A stretch of DNA of 64,000 bases. It comes from Escherichia coli (lineage in GTDB: Bacteria; Pseudomonadota; Gammaproteobacteria; Enterobacterales; Enterobacteriaceae). Numbering within the stretch: position 1 is the stretch's first letter; each line of letters starts with the position of its first letter. Both the position numbers and the translations under genes were made by a program. Location of the stretch: NCBI RefSeq assembly GCF_003018115.1, contig NZ_CP027457.1; one strand, 5' to 3'. This document shows, piece after piece, positions 6,856 to 17,741 of this stretch. The notes beneath the pieces are model-generated. The model ran no database searches. It had not been told where the DNA came from and was given only the letters and a program-made list of their open reading frames with translations.

Positions 6856-7059
6856 ATGACCAACAAAGAATCAACCAATACACCATCGCAAAAAACGAAC
6901 AGAGAGCACGAAAATATGGCGTTCGAGCATGAATCAGAAAGATTCGCACCATGCGCTTTTGTCCTTGATGAGTTTCTAAAAAAATATTCACGTTCTGAAC
7001 GGATGAAAATGGCAGCACAATACGGCCCCAACAAGCAAGATAATTGCCCACCAGCCTGA
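6856..7059 (+). CDS. Hypothetical small protein (67 aa), partner of RHH module 2
   Basis: ORF track; paralog of ORF 6178..6405. Confidence 0.5.
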   Translation: MTNKESTNTPSQKTNREHENMAFEHESERFAPCAFVLDEFLKKYSRSERMKMAAQYGPNKQDNCPPA

Positions 7060-7129
7060 TCGCGGTTATCATGCCCGGGCTTATGATTGTTGACACATAC
7101 GGCGCAGCGGGTTAATTGTTCAGAAAGGT

Positions 7130-7155
7130 GGCTCCATTTCGGGGCCGCTTTTTTT
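7130..7155 (+). terminator. Rho-independent terminator after the RHH modules
   Basis: Stem GGCTCC / GGGGCC (one G-T wobble) followed by GCTTTTTTT. Confidence 0.45.
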
Positions 7156-7180
7156 ATGTTCATCATTTGCCCTATATATG

Positions 7181-7387
7181 TTAAGCGGTCGTTCCGCGCG
7201 CTTCTTGTTCGCGTTCTTTCATCCATGCGATTACGTCTTCCTCATACCATCCGCGACGGCGCAAACCGACACGAAAACCCTGCGGGAATTCTCCGGCGTT
7301 GATCATGCTTTGCAGCGTGCTGTCTGCCTTAATGTGGATAAGTTTTTTTACTTCCTGGCGAAAGATGACTTTTTTGATTGCTTCCAT
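7181..7387 (-). CDS. alpA: AlpA-family phage transcriptional regulator (68 aa)
   Basis: ORF track; sequence ...STLQSMINAGEFPQGFRVGLRRRGWYEEDVIAWMKERE typical of AlpA/CP4-57-type regulators; GAGG SD. Confidence 0.8.
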   Translation of the reverse strand: MEAIKKVIFRQEVKKLIHIKADSTLQSMINAGEFPQGFRVGLRRRGWYEEDVIAWMKEREQEARGTTA

Positions 7388-7463
7388 CGTGATTTACCTC
7401 ATTAATCCGGTGTATTCCGGTGAGAAATACGGTAAATCATCGGATGCAGGGAAAAACAGTACT

Positions 7464-7493
7464 CACCGTTTTTAAACGGTATACACCGTTTTT
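7464..7493. promoter_or_regulatory. Direct repeats CACCGTTTTT (x2) with embedded palindrome ACCGTTTTTAAACGGT upstream of alpA
   Basis: Read directly from sequence in the alpA promoter region. Confidence 0.4.
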
Positions 7494-7520
7494 TATATTG
7501 ATGATTTGAAAGGGATTTAT

Positions 7521-7543
7521 AAAAAAAGCGGCATTTCTGCCGC
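7521..7543 (-). terminator. Rho-independent terminator after ORF 7555..7806
   Basis: Hairpin GCGGCAGAAATGCCGC followed by TTTTTTT on minus strand. Confidence 0.6.
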
Positions 7544-7554
7544 TTTCAGGATTG

Positions 7555-7806
7555 TTACCGCCATTTTTTTGGCCTGCCTCCGGTCTTCATGGATGCCGGA
7601 CGTACAACCTTATCAATACTTACAGCCAGATTTCTGGAAGCCCCACGGGATACCAGGAAATCTACTACCTGTTTTTTTGATGGGGCCGTCGTTCTGTCCT
7701 CCGGATCGTAGGTTGACCAAAATTCATGCTGAACCATCAGGGCCAGTTGCAGCCCGTCGCAATTGCATCTGAAATTTGTTTGCATCTTAACAGTTTCATT
7801 TTTCAA
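7555..7806 (-). CDS. Hypothetical protein (83 aa) between integrase and alpA
   Basis: ORF track; own terminator downstream. Confidence 0.5.
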   Translation of the reverse strand: MKNETVKMQTNFRCNCDGLQLALMVQHEFWSTYDPEDRTTAPSKKQVVDFLVSRGASRNLAVSIDKVVRPASMKTGGRPKKWR

Positions 7807-7883
7807 GGCCTCGTCGTTAAATGTGATGCAATTATACGACGGTTTTAAATGGTTTTCGTAGTTTTTACTGGTTTTCTGTACAG

Positions 7884-9125
7884 CTAAACGGCTCGGATAC
7901 CCCTTTTACCACTGGCGAGGGTTACGCCCGTCGCCGCAGCCTCGACAAATTCGCCCCACCAGCGCATAAGCACGATGCGTTTTTCTATGTAGTTGCTCCG
8001 GTTGTATGCCCGTCTGACTTCGTTGGTGTCGACGTGGGCAAGTGCGGCCTCTATTACGTCCGGCTCAAAGCCTTCTTCGTTCGCTGCTGTGCTGAATATG
8101 GCGCGTAATCCATGAGACACCAGCACGCCAGCGAATCCCATGCGTCGTAATGCTGCGTTAGCGGTCTGGCTGTTCATCGGCTGCTGTGGGTCTTTCAGAC
8201 TCGGGAAAACATAATCGCGGTGGTGGCTGATTGGTTTCATAGCCTCCAGCACTGCCATAGCCTGGTCACAAAGCGGGATAACGTGGTCGCGGCGCATCTT
8301 CATGCGTCCGGCGGGTATGGTCCAGCGTTGCGCTTCCATGTCGATTTCTTCCCAGCGTGCCGACGATGCTTCAACGGGACGGGTTACGGTCAGTAACTGC
8401 CATTCAATCAGTAATCTGGTCTGCCGTTCTGTTGCCGATACTGATAAAGCCTGCATAAGCTCCGGCAGCTGTTCGGGGCGGATTGTTGGCATATGTTTTT
8501 TTACAGGGGAGGGGAACGCCTTACGCACATTCATAGCCGGATTGGCATCAATCATCCCACTATTGGCGGCGTAATCCATTACCTCATTTATACGCTGTAA
8601 AACTCGCTTGAGCGTTTCCAGGTTGCCACGTTCCTTGATGGGGGTAAGCACCTCAACGAACCTGCGAGCGGTCAGGGTGTCTATTGGCGTGTTGCCGATG
8701 AACGGGAATACATATTTTTCCAGCGATCGCCAGATGTCTTTAATCGTATTGGGGGCCAGATTCTGGCTGATTTTCACCTGGTACCATGCTGTTGCCACAT
8801 TTTCGAACGTGTTCCCTTGTCTTCGGGCCTCTGTCTCTCTTTTTTGCCTCTCGTGGTCCTGCGGGTCAGTTCCGGCACGAATTAACGCCCTGTACTCGCT
8901 ACGGCGTTTTCTGGCATCAGCCAGGGAAACATCATCAAGCGATCCAAAACTCAGCAATATTCTTTTTTTGTCCGATGGTCGGTAGTAGGAAAATCTCCAG
9001 AGTTTTGATCCGGACGGTTTGATCAGGAGAAAAAGCCCTCCGCCGTCCTGTAGGGTGTATTCCTTTTCTGCTGGTCTGGCTGCTTTGATCTGTACTGTGG
9101 TTAATGGGGGTGTTTTTCTCGCCAT
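7884..9125 (-). CDS. int: P4-type tyrosine site-specific integrase (413 aa)
   Basis: ORF track; N-terminal ...LWRFSYYRP... region and C-terminal catalytic region (...HGLRAIFST..., ...RAYNRSNYIEKR...) typical of tRNA-targeting integrases. Confidence 0.9.
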   Translation of the reverse strand: MARKTPPLTTVQIKAARPAEKEYTLQDGGGLFLLIKPSGSKLWRFSYYRPSDKKRILLSFGSLDDVSLADARKRRSEYRALIRAGTDPQDHERQKRETEARRQGNTFENVATAWYQVKISQNLAPNTIKDIWRSLEKYVFPFIGNTPIDTLTARRFVEVLTPIKERGNLETLKRVLQRINEVMDYAANSGMIDANPAMNVRKAFPSPVKKHMPTIRPEQLPELMQALSVSATERQTRLLIEWQLLTVTRPVEASSARWEEIDMEAQRWTIPAGRMKMRRDHVIPLCDQAMAVLEAMKPISHHRDYVFPSLKDPQQPMNSQTANAALRRMGFAGVLVSHGLRAIFSTAANEEGFEPDVIEAALAHVDTNEVRRAYNRSNYIEKRIVLMRWWGEFVEAAATGVTLASGKRGIRAV

Positions 9126-9158
9126 ATGCTTATGATTCCAAACGAAAAAACAGGGTTT

Positions 9159-9210
9159 TAGTTATACGGCTTTAGTTATACGTCAGCCCGTATAACTAAA
9201 CGTATAACTA
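9159..9210. repeat. Two direct TAGTTATACG repeats followed by two inverted CGTATAACTA copies between int and tRNA-Pro
   Basis: Read directly from sequence; candidate integrase arm-type sites or int promoter operator. Confidence 0.6.
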
Positions 9211-9263
9211 AAAAATCCGGCTGATAGCTTATAAATCCGGTGATGTTCGGTGACTAAAAACCA

Positions 9264-9294
9264 TAAAAAAACCCGCCAATCAAGTAATTGGCGG
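9264..9294 (-). terminator. Rho-independent terminator downstream of tRNA-Pro
   Basis: Hairpin CCCGCCAAT / ATTGGCGGG followed by TTTTTTT on minus strand. Confidence 0.6.
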
Positions 9295-9343
9295 GCTATC
9301 CCTGTCTTATTCGATGATTTCCGGTGGTATCCGGTGGGCGATT

Positions 9344-9420
9344 TGGTCGGCACGAGAGGATTTGAACCTCCGACCCCCGACACCCCATGACGGTGCGCTA
9401 CCAGGCTGCGCTACGTGCCG
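9344..9420 (-). tRNA. proL: tRNA-Pro (anticodon GGG)
   Basis: 77-nt sequence CGGCACGTAGCGCAGCCTGGTAGCGCACCGTCATGGGGTGTCGGGGGTCGGAGGTTCAAATCCTCTCGTGCCGACCA on minus strand. Confidence 0.95.
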
Positions 9421-9494
9421 ACTCGTGGCTGTTAATACTACCGTTTTCCACACCGATTGCAAGTAAGATATTTCGCTAACTGATTTATAATTAA

Positions 9495-11255
9495 TCAGTT
9501 AGCGATAAAACGCTTCTCGTCTGTCAGCACTTGCAATAACAAACTTAACTGTGGTTTTTCATCTTTCACTCTTTCACCACGTAAGTTGTAAGTGCGGTAT
9601 TTACCGTTATTGTTCAGCACCAGCGTCTTTTTCGGGGTGGTAATTGCCAGCGTATCGTTATCCGCTGCGGTAACCCAGTAATGACGGCGTTGAGGGTTGA
9701 ACAAATCCTGACCTTGCGAATATTCGCTGGCAGGTGTGCTGACATGTAGCAGGCGTTGCATCAGCGTCGTCATCAGATCGGTATGATCAGTCAGCGCATT
9801 AATACGCTGCGCCGGCGTGCCTGGCCAGTGAATCACTAATGGCACCTGCAGATGACCGTGGGACCAGTCAAAGGTTTCTTCCTCTTCGCTCAGTGGAATA
9901 CCCCGACCGGCAGTGATAATCACTACCGTATTGTCCAGTTTGCCAGAATCACGCAGTGCATTGAGCACGCGGTTGATCTGGTCATCGACATTGCCTGCCG
10001 CCCGGCTATATTTCCGTGCAAAAGCCTGCTGATTGCTGTCGTCAATGTTAGTACCATTGAAAGAGACCCACGAGAACCAGCGGTTATCTTCTTGTGCGTA
10101 GCGGCCCAGCCAGTTGATCCACTGCGTGGCGGTCTGCTCGTCGGATTGGGTGCGTACGCTCGGCATCGAGAAATCTGACAACAATGCCTGGCGATACAGC
10201 GGGCTGGTAAAGCCATCTGATGAGAATAACCCCAGCTGATAGCCTTGCTGATTAAGCGCAGTAATTAATGCCGCAGGCGTACGGGTCGACAGAATGCCGT
10301 CCATATAGCTCGGCGAGATGCCATAGAACAGGCCAAAGATGCCGTTGTCTGTAGTGTTGCCGGAGCTCATATGGCGCGTGAACGAAATATTTTGCTCAGC
10401 AAAACCTGCCAGCGCAGGCATCTGCTTCTCGAAGCGTGAGTAGTTCAGGCCATCGACAGTAATCAACAGCACATTCTGCCCGGTGCCCATATCGCGATAG
10501 CGCAGTTCGCTTAACGGATACTGAACGGAAACGGCGTCTGGATTACCTTGCTCAATAAGACGGCGTTGATACTCCTGCGCATCAAGCAGGCCATGCTTCT
10601 CAAGAAAACGTCGCGCCGTCATCGGGTACGAAAGCGGCAGGTTAGCGCGCTGCATGGTGATCGGGCGATAGAAGTTGGCATCGGCCCAGATATACACCAC
10701 ATGCGAGGCGATAAAGGCGATAAATAAGAATGCGGCCAGCGGGCGCGCGAAGCGTCGACGACGCGTCAGGCTGCGCAGCTTTTGCCAGCTCCACGTCGCA
10801 AACACCAGTTCAAGCAATAAAATAACCGGAACGCTGATGAACATCAGCTGCCAGTCGCGCGCCATCTCATTTTCGTCTGGGTTGATAACCAGTTGCCAGA
10901 CGATGGGATTAAGATGGAGATGGAAACGAGTAAAGACTTCGCTATCGATCAGTAATAGCGTCATTCCCGCCGTTGCCAGAATGACGGACAAAAACCTCAT
11001 CAGCCTCTGGGAGCCGACGATAAAGGTCAGCGGGAAGAGGATCAGCAAGTAGGCGGCGAACACCAGGAAGCTGAAATGGCCGATGATGCTTACGTAGGAA
11101 TAAATGCGACCAGCAAGCGTGGTCGGCCAGTCGGCGATAAACAGGTAACGGCTGCCAATGACGAGCGAAAGCAGAATATTGAACAGTGCAAACCAGTGCC
11201 CCCAACTGACCATCTGGGAGACTTTTTCACGGTAGCGCTGACGATGAGTTACCAT
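9495..11255 (-). CDS. yejM: Inner-membrane protein YejM (PbgA/LapC)
   Basis: ORF track 586 aa; recognised E. coli protein and K-12 synteny. Confidence 0.9.
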   Translation of the reverse strand: MVTHRQRYREKVSQMVSWGHWFALFNILLSLVIGSRYLFIADWPTTLAGRIYSYVSIIGHFSFLVFAAYLLILFPLTFIVGSQRLMRFLSVILATAGMTLLLIDSEVFTRFHLHLNPIVWQLVINPDENEMARDWQLMFISVPVILLLELVFATWSWQKLRSLTRRRRFARPLAAFLFIAFIASHVVYIWADANFYRPITMQRANLPLSYPMTARRFLEKHGLLDAQEYQRRLIEQGNPDAVSVQYPLSELRYRDMGTGQNVLLITVDGLNYSRFEKQMPALAGFAEQNISFTRHMSSGNTTDNGIFGLFYGISPSYMDGILSTRTPAALITALNQQGYQLGLFSSDGFTSPLYRQALLSDFSMPSVRTQSDEQTATQWINWLGRYAQEDNRWFSWVSFNGTNIDDSNQQAFARKYSRAAGNVDDQINRVLNALRDSGKLDNTVVIITAGRGIPLSEEEETFDWSHGHLQVPLVIHWPGTPAQRINALTDHTDLMTTLMQRLLHVSTPASEYSQGQDLFNPQRRHYWVTAADNDTLAITTPKKTLVLNNNGKYRTYNLRGERVKDEKPQLSLLLQVLTDEKRFIAN

Positions 11256-11274
11256 AACCTGTTATCTGTTTCCC

Positions 11275-11502
11275 TTAGTGCGCTTTGTCTTCGTTGATAG
11301 AGGACTGTAAGGCGCGGGCAAAAGAGTTGGCAATTGCCTGGCGTTGGGCCGGGGCAATGCTGGTGTTGATAAGGTTAGTGACCATGTTGCCTAACACCAT
11401 CAGGGAAAGGTCGGTCGGAGCCTTATGTTTTTCCAGTACGTTGAGCAGCTCTGCGAGCAATTGTTCAACCTGTTCATCACTGTAGCGGGAAATTTGTGGC
11501 AT
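11275..11502 (-). CDS. yejL: UPF0352 protein YejL
   Basis: ORF track 75 aa; synteny. Confidence 0.9.
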
Positions 11503-11683
11503 AAATCGAAATCAGTTAGTTGATGAAAGGGCAACATATTACCGTAGCAACGGTTTTTTTTCTGCTTTTTTATGCGTTAAATCATTCTCGTTACGCTGCC
11601 TTCTGTAAAATGACCGCCATCTTTTATTGCGTCGCTTAACCGGCGGTGGTTGAATACCGCCCGGTCTTAAAGGAGAGTTTATC

Positions 11684-12691
11684 ATGAGTCTGGATATCAA
11701 CCAGATTGCTCTGCACCAGCTTATCAAGCGTGATGAGCAGAACCTTGAGCTGGTGTTGCGCGATTCATTGCTGGAACCGACAGAAACCGTCGTTGAGATG
11801 GTGGCAGAACTGCATCGGGTCTATAGCGCCAAAAATAAAGCTTACGGCTTGTTTAGCGAAGAGAGTGAACTGGCGCAGACGCTGCGCTTACAGCGTCAGG
11901 GCGAAGAGGACTTTCTGGCATTTAGCCGCGCGGCAACCGGTCGCCTGCGTGACGAATTAGCGAAATATCCTTTTGCTGACGGTGGATTCGTGCTGTTTTG
12001 CCACTACCGTTATCTGGCGGTGGAGTATCTGCTGGTGGCAGTCCTGAGCAACCTGAGCAGTATGCGCGTTAACGAAAATCTCGACATCAACCCAACCCAT
12101 TATCTTGATATCAATCATGCGGATATTGTTGCGCGTATCGATTTAACCGAATGGGAAACCAATCCAGAGTCCACCCGCTATCTCACTTTCCTGAAAGGGC
12201 GAGTAGGGCGCAAAGTGGCGGATTTCTTTATGGATTTCCTCGGGGCCAGCGAAGGGTTAAACGCGAAAGCGCAAAACCGTGGGCTGTTGCAAGCGGTTGA
12301 TGATTTCACTGCCGAAGCACAACTGGATAAAGCAGAGCGACAGAACGTGCGCCAGCAGGTTTATAGCTACTGTAATGAGCAGCTGCAGGCAGGCGAAGAG
12401 ATCGAACTGGAATCGCTGTCGAAAGAGCTGGCAGGCGTCAGCGAAGTGAGCTTCACGGAGTTTGCGGCTGAAAAAGGCTACGAACTGGAAGAGAGCTTCC
12501 CGGCAGACCGTAGCACACTGCGTCAGTTGACGAAGTTTGCCGGTAGCGGCGGTGGCTTGACTATTAATTTTGATGCGATGCTGTTGGGCGAACGGATTTT
12601 CTGGGATCCGGCGACCGATACCCTGACTATTAAAGGCACGCCGCCGAATTTGCGCGATCAATTGCAGCGCCGGACGTCCGGCGGCAATTAA
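11684..12691 (+). CDS. yejK: Nucleoid-associated protein YejK (NdpA)
   Basis: ORF track 335 aa; synteny. Confidence 0.9.
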
Positions 12692-12829
12692 TCGGTTTTG
12701 TGTTCTGAATGCCAGATGCGGCGTGAACGCCTTATCTGGCCTGCAAAAAATAGCAATACCGTAATCAGGCATAATCTGCAGATACAAAAAACCCCGCCGG
12801 AGCGGGGTTTTTTACAACTTATTCAGCAA

Positions 12830-13222
<393 letters not shown>

Positions 13223-13238
13223 TCAATCAAAACTACCA

Positions 13239-14999
13239 TTAACCGCGTAATTCGTGCGCCCGACGAAAACGACCTTCGTAATCGAACACTTTTTCACGCA
13301 CTTGCCAGTACTGACCTTTCATGCGGGCAACGACAAAATCCGGGTGTCGCAATAAGGCTTGCTGGGCGAGGATATCGGCGGCGGTGATCCAGCGCAGAGG
13401 GATGCCCGGTGTGCGCGTATGCGGGCGGATAAAAAGCTGCTCGAAGGCAGTTCGCTGGGCGGGCGTTTGCAGACGGAAACGCTCACTCACATCCGCACCG
13501 TCTTCATCGTAATAGGTGATTTTCAACCATTCGCCTTTCTCGTCGTGCCCATGCTGCAAAGACATGCCGCTACAGCGTAATACCAGCGCATCTTTCAGTC
13601 GTAGCGCCGCTTTTAACATATCATCCGGATCAACCAGTACCGTGTCACATTCGCGGCAGCGGCGGGCGGCAATATCGTTTTCCGCGTTACATTGCGGGCA
13701 ATTTTTAAAACGGAAACGGAAATCACACTGTTCGCGATGACCGTCGTCATCTTCAAACCATCCCTGACAACGACGACCAAAGTGTTCAATCAATGTCCCG
13801 TCAGCGGTCGTTTTCCCCCAAAAGGTGTTGGCAAAACCGCAGGCAGGGCAGAAAACTTGTACCGGGACGTTGTCACTTTTGCCTTTCGGTGTACCAACTT
13901 CCGGCGCGTAGAGATCGTGAGGATTACCCGCATAATCAAGAATTAAACAATCAGTCTTGCCCGGAGCGAGACGCAGACCGCGCCCGACAATTTGTTGGTA
14001 AAGACTCACTGATTCGGTAGGGCGCAGAATGGCGATAAGATCGACGTGCGGGGCGTCAAATCCGGTGGTCAGTACTGCGACGTTGACCAGATAGCGAAAA
14101 CGCTGGGCTTTAAAATCTTCAATTAACACATCGCGCTCAGCGCCGGGGGTGTCGCCAGTAATCAGTGCAGCATCTTCGGCGGGTAGTAATCCCACAATCT
14201 CTTTTGCGTGTTCAACGGTGGCGGCGAAAATCATCACCCCTTTGCGCGTTGCAGCAAACTCCATAATCTGGCTGATGATGTGCGGGGTAATACGTTGTTG
14301 TTTTTTTAGCTCGCGGTTGAGATCGGCTTCGCTGAATAGCCCGTTACTCTGTGCCTGCAAGCGGCTGAAATCGTATTGCACTACTGGCATATCCAGTCGT
14401 TCTGGCGGCGTCAGATAGCCGTGTTTAATCATATAACGCAGCGGCAGTTCATAAATGCAGTCACGGAAAAGGGCTTTCTCATCGCCGCGTACCATGCCGT
14501 GATAATGGAACTGGTAGATCCAGCCTTTGCCCAGTCGAAAAGGCGTGGCAGTCAGCCCCAGCAGGCGTAAGTGGGGATTCACTTTTGTCAGGTGAGTGAG
14601 GATTTGCTGATACTGGCTCTCTTCATCGTCACCAATACGGTGGCATTCATCGACAATCAACAGCGAAAATTCACCCTGAAAGGCATCAAGATTACGGGCG
14701 ACCGACTGCACGCTGCCAAATACCACTTTACCATGGCTCTCTTTGCGCTTTAGCCCGGCGGCAAAAATATCGGCTTCCAGCCCCAGCGCCTGATACTTTG
14801 CATGGTTTTGCGCCACCAGTTCTTTAACGTGTGCCAGCACCAGCACGCGACCACGAGCCAGCCGCGCAAGTTCCGCTATCACCAGGCTTTTACCTGCACC
14901 GGTGGGCAGCACGATAACGGCAGGGGTTTTATGATGACGAAAATGGTTGAGCGTGGCATCCACGGCTTCTTGCTGATATGGGCGGAGTGTAAAAATCAT
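13239..14999 (-). CDS. radD: ATP-dependent DNA repair helicase RadD (YejH)
   Basis: ORF track 586 aa; helicase motifs; synteny. Confidence 0.9.
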   Translation of the reverse strand: MIFTLRPYQQEAVDATLNHFRHHKTPAVIVLPTGAGKSLVIAELARLARGRVLVLAHVKELVAQNHAKYQALGLEADIFAAGLKRKESHGKVVFGSVQSVARNLDAFQGEFSLLIVDECHRIGDDEESQYQQILTHLTKVNPHLRLLGLTATPFRLGKGWIYQFHYHGMVRGDEKALFRDCIYELPLRYMIKHGYLTPPERLDMPVVQYDFSRLQAQSNGLFSEADLNRELKKQQRITPHIISQIMEFAATRKGVMIFAATVEHAKEIVGLLPAEDAALITGDTPGAERDVLIEDFKAQRFRYLVNVAVLTTGFDAPHVDLIAILRPTESVSLYQQIVGRGLRLAPGKTDCLILDYAGNPHDLYAPEVGTPKGKSDNVPVQVFCPACGFANTFWGKTTADGTLIEHFGRRCQGWFEDDDGHREQCDFRFRFKNCPQCNAENDIAARRCRECDTVLVDPDDMLKAALRLKDALVLRCSGMSLQHGHDEKGEWLKITYYDEDGADVSERFRLQTPAQRTAFEQLFIRPHTRTPGIPLRWITAADILAQQALLRHPDFVVARMKGQYWQVREKVFDYEGRFRRAHELRG

Positions 15000-15147
15000 G
15001 ATCTCGCGTAGGTAGATTATTCTGCTAATAGTATGCCACGGTTCTTTTTCCCTTGAGGGAAGTTATTAGACCGCTATACTGGGCAGACAACAGTTCAGAT
15101 TTTCGGGTCAATGCCCGACCTCCGTTTTTACAGGCAAAATCACACAC

Positions 15148-15843
15148 ATGCGACTTGATAAATTTATCGCACAGCAACTCGGCGTTAGCCGTGCTATTGC
15201 CGGGCGTGAAATCCGCGGCAATCGTGTCACCGTCGATGGCGAAATCGTCCGTAATGCAGCGTTCAAACTGCTTCCTGAACATGATGTCGCTTATGATGGC
15301 AACCCGCTGGCGCAGCAACACGGTCCACGTTACTTCATGCTCAATAAGCCTCAGGGCTATGTTTGCTCCACGGACGACCCTGATCACCCAACGGTGCTCT
15401 ATTTTCTGGATGAACCAGTGGCGTGGAAACTGCACGCCGCAGGGCGGCTGGATATCGATACCACCGGTCTGGTACTAATGACAGATGATGGTCAGTGGTC
15501 GCACCGCATTACTTCTCCGCGCCATCATTGCGAGAAGACCTATCTGGTGACGCTGGAATCGCCCGTAGCTGACGATACGGCAGAGCAATTTGCTAAAGGC
15601 GTGCAGCTGCATAACGAAAAAGATCTCACTAAGCCGGCGGTGCTGGAAGTGATTACCCCAACGCAGGTTCGTCTGACCATCAGCGAAGGGCGTTATCATC
15701 AGGTGAAACGCATGTTCGCCGCTGTGGGTAACCATGTGGTTGAGCTGCATCGTGAACGTATTGGCGGCATTACGCTGGATGCTGATTTAGCCCCCGGTGA
15801 ATATCGTCCGTTAACTGAAGAAGAAATTGCCAGCGTCGTCTAA
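15148..15843 (+). CDS. rsuA: 16S rRNA pseudouridine(516) synthase
   Basis: ORF track 231 aa. Confidence 0.95.
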
Positions 15844-15870
15844 TTTTTCAATGACTTTCAGGAGCCCGTT

Positions 15871-17061
15871 GTGACCACCCGACAGCATTCGTCGTTTGCT
15901 ATTGTTTTTATCCTTGGCCTGCTGGCCATGTTGATGCCGCTGTCGATTGATATGTATCTGCCCGCGCTACCGGTAATTTCAGCGCAGTTTGGCGTACCGG
16001 CGGGCAGTACGCAGATGACCCTCAGTACTTATATTCTGGGCTTTGCGTTGGGGCAGTTAATCTACGGGCCGATGGCAGACAGCTTCGGGCGTAAGCCGGT
16101 GGTTCTTGGCGGTACGCTGGTGTTTGCCGCCGCCGCGGTGGCGTGTGCGTTGGCACAAACCATCGATCAGCTGATTGTGATGCGTTTCTTCCACGGGCTG
16201 GCGGCGGCTGCGGCCAGCGTGGTTATCAACGCTTTGATGCGTGATATCTACCCGAAAGAAGAGTTCTCGCGGATGATGTCGTTTGTCATGCTGGTGACAA
16301 CCATTGCACCGCTGATGGCACCGATAGTTGGCGGCTGGGTGCTGGTGTGGCTGAGCTGGCATTACATCTTCTGGATCCTCGCCGTGGCGGCGATTCTGGC
16401 TTCGGCAATGATCTTCTTTCTGATCAAAGAAACCTTACCACCGGAGCGTCGCCAGCCTTTTCACATTCGTACCACTATTGGTAACTTTGCGGCGCTGTTC
16501 CGTCATAAGCGTGTCCTGAGTTATATGCTGGCCAGTGGTTTCAGCTTTGCCGGGATGTTCTCGTTCTTAAGCGCCGGACCGTTTGTCTACATTGAAATTA
16601 ACCACGTCGCGCCGGAAAACTTTGGTTATTACTTTGCACTAAACATTGTCTTCCTGTTCGTGATGACCATCTTTAATAGCCGCTTCGTTCGCCGCATTGG
16701 CGCGTTAAATATGTTCCGCTCGGGGTTGTGGATACAATTTATTATGGCAGCGTGGATGGTCATCAGTGCGCTGCTGGGGCTGGGATTCTGGTCGCTGGTG
16801 GTTGGCGTTGCGGCGTTTGTGGGCTGCGTGTCGATGGTGTCATCCAATGCGATGGCGGTCATTCTTGATGAGTTTCCCCATATGGCGGGAACGGCATCTT
16901 CGCTGGCAGGAACCTTCCGTTTTGGCATAGGGGCAATTGTTGGCGCATTGCTTTCTCTTGCGACCTTTAACTCTGCATGGCCGATGATTTGGTCAATTGC
17001 ATTCTGCGCAACCAGCTCCATTCTCTTCTGTCTGTACGCCAGTCGGCCGAAAAAACGGTGA
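15871..17061 (+). CDS. bcr: MFS transporter, bicyclomycin/multidrug efflux
   Basis: ORF track 396 aa. Confidence 0.95.
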   Translation: MTTRQHSSFAIVFILGLLAMLMPLSIDMYLPALPVISAQFGVPAGSTQMTLSTYILGFALGQLIYGPMADSFGRKPVVLGGTLVFAAAAVACALAQTIDQLIVMRFFHGLAAAAASVVINALMRDIYPKEEFSRMMSFVMLVTTIAPLMAPIVGGWVLVWLSWHYIFWILAVAAILASAMIFFLIKETLPPERRQPFHIRTTIGNFAALFRHKRVLSYMLASGFSFAGMFSFLSAGPFVYIEINHVAPENFGYYFALNIVFLFVMTIFNSRFVRRIGALNMFRSGLWIQFIMAAWMVISALLGLGFWSLVVGVAAFVGCVSMVSSNAMAVILDEFPHMAGTASSLAGTFRFGIGAIVGALLSLATFNSAWPMIWSIAFCATSSILFCLYASRPKKR

Positions 17062-17393
17062 TCTATTGCACAACGAGGAAGCTAAAAGGCTTCCTTTGTT
17101 GATGCATGTCAACCACAAATCTATCATTCCCCCGATATATGTTTATTTTATGTAAAATCAATTTATGTAAAAAGTCACATCATTGTAGTTAAAAAGGTTG
17201 AGTTAGATCGCAGAAACGGGTACATATAGCCCCGCAAACGTGACCACGCCCGCAGATATTACTTAAATCAGAGCCATAGAGGCCACGCAGGCGAGGCATC
17301 AATCTTTACGATCTGTATAAAGACGGATTGTTGATGATGTGTTAAAATTGATGTAAACAAATTGTGAAGTAAATGTGCTTCCGGGGAAAATAA

Positions 17394-17738
17394 GTGACTT
17401 CATTACAACTCTCAATCGTCCATCGACTGCCGCAGAACTATCGCTGGTCTGCTGGTTTCGCAGGTTCGAAGGTTGAACCGATTCCGCAAAATGGACCGTG
17501 CGGTGACAACAGCCTGGTGGCGCTTAAATTGCTTAGCCCGGATGGTGATAATGCATGGTCGGTGATGTATAAACTAAGCCAGGCGTTAAGCGACATCGAA
17601 GTTCCATGTTCGGTGCTGGAGTGTGAAGGTGAGCCGTGCCTGTTTGTAAATCGCCAGGACGAGTTTGCTGCAACATGCCGATTGAAAAATTTTGGTGTGG
17701 CAATTGCCGAACCCTTTTCAAACTACAATCCTTTTTAA
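17394..17738 (+). CDS. yejG: Uncharacterised protein YejG
   Basis: ORF track 114 aa; synteny. Confidence 0.9.
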
Positions 17739-17741
17739 GCG

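Larger units (their letters stand above)
1..9343. mobile_element. Integrative phage-related element (PICI-like / capsid-encoding satellite or prophage remnant) adjacent to the 3' end of tRNA-Pro; left boundary outside window
   Basis: P4-type integrase next to tRNA 3' end, AlpA regulator, replication ATPase with iterons, protease-capsid fusion; K-12 has yejO at this position. Confidence 0.7.

Noticed and set aside
5736-7226. 496-aa minus-strand ORF in the six-frame track
   Set aside because: Low-complexity, Ser/Arg/Cys-rich translation lying antisense across both RHH modules, their terminators and operators; no SD. It is the byproduct of the absence of stops opposite the plus-strand genes.
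9183-9383. 66-aa minus-strand ORF overlapping tRNA-Pro
   Set aside because: It overlaps the tRNA gene and its terminator and has no SD; spurious.
9421-9494. Search for IS elements or a yejO autotransporter remnant next to proL, as in K-12
   Set aside because: No transposase-like ORFs or terminal inverted repeats anywhere in the window; the position downstream of proL is occupied by the integrase-bearing element instead.
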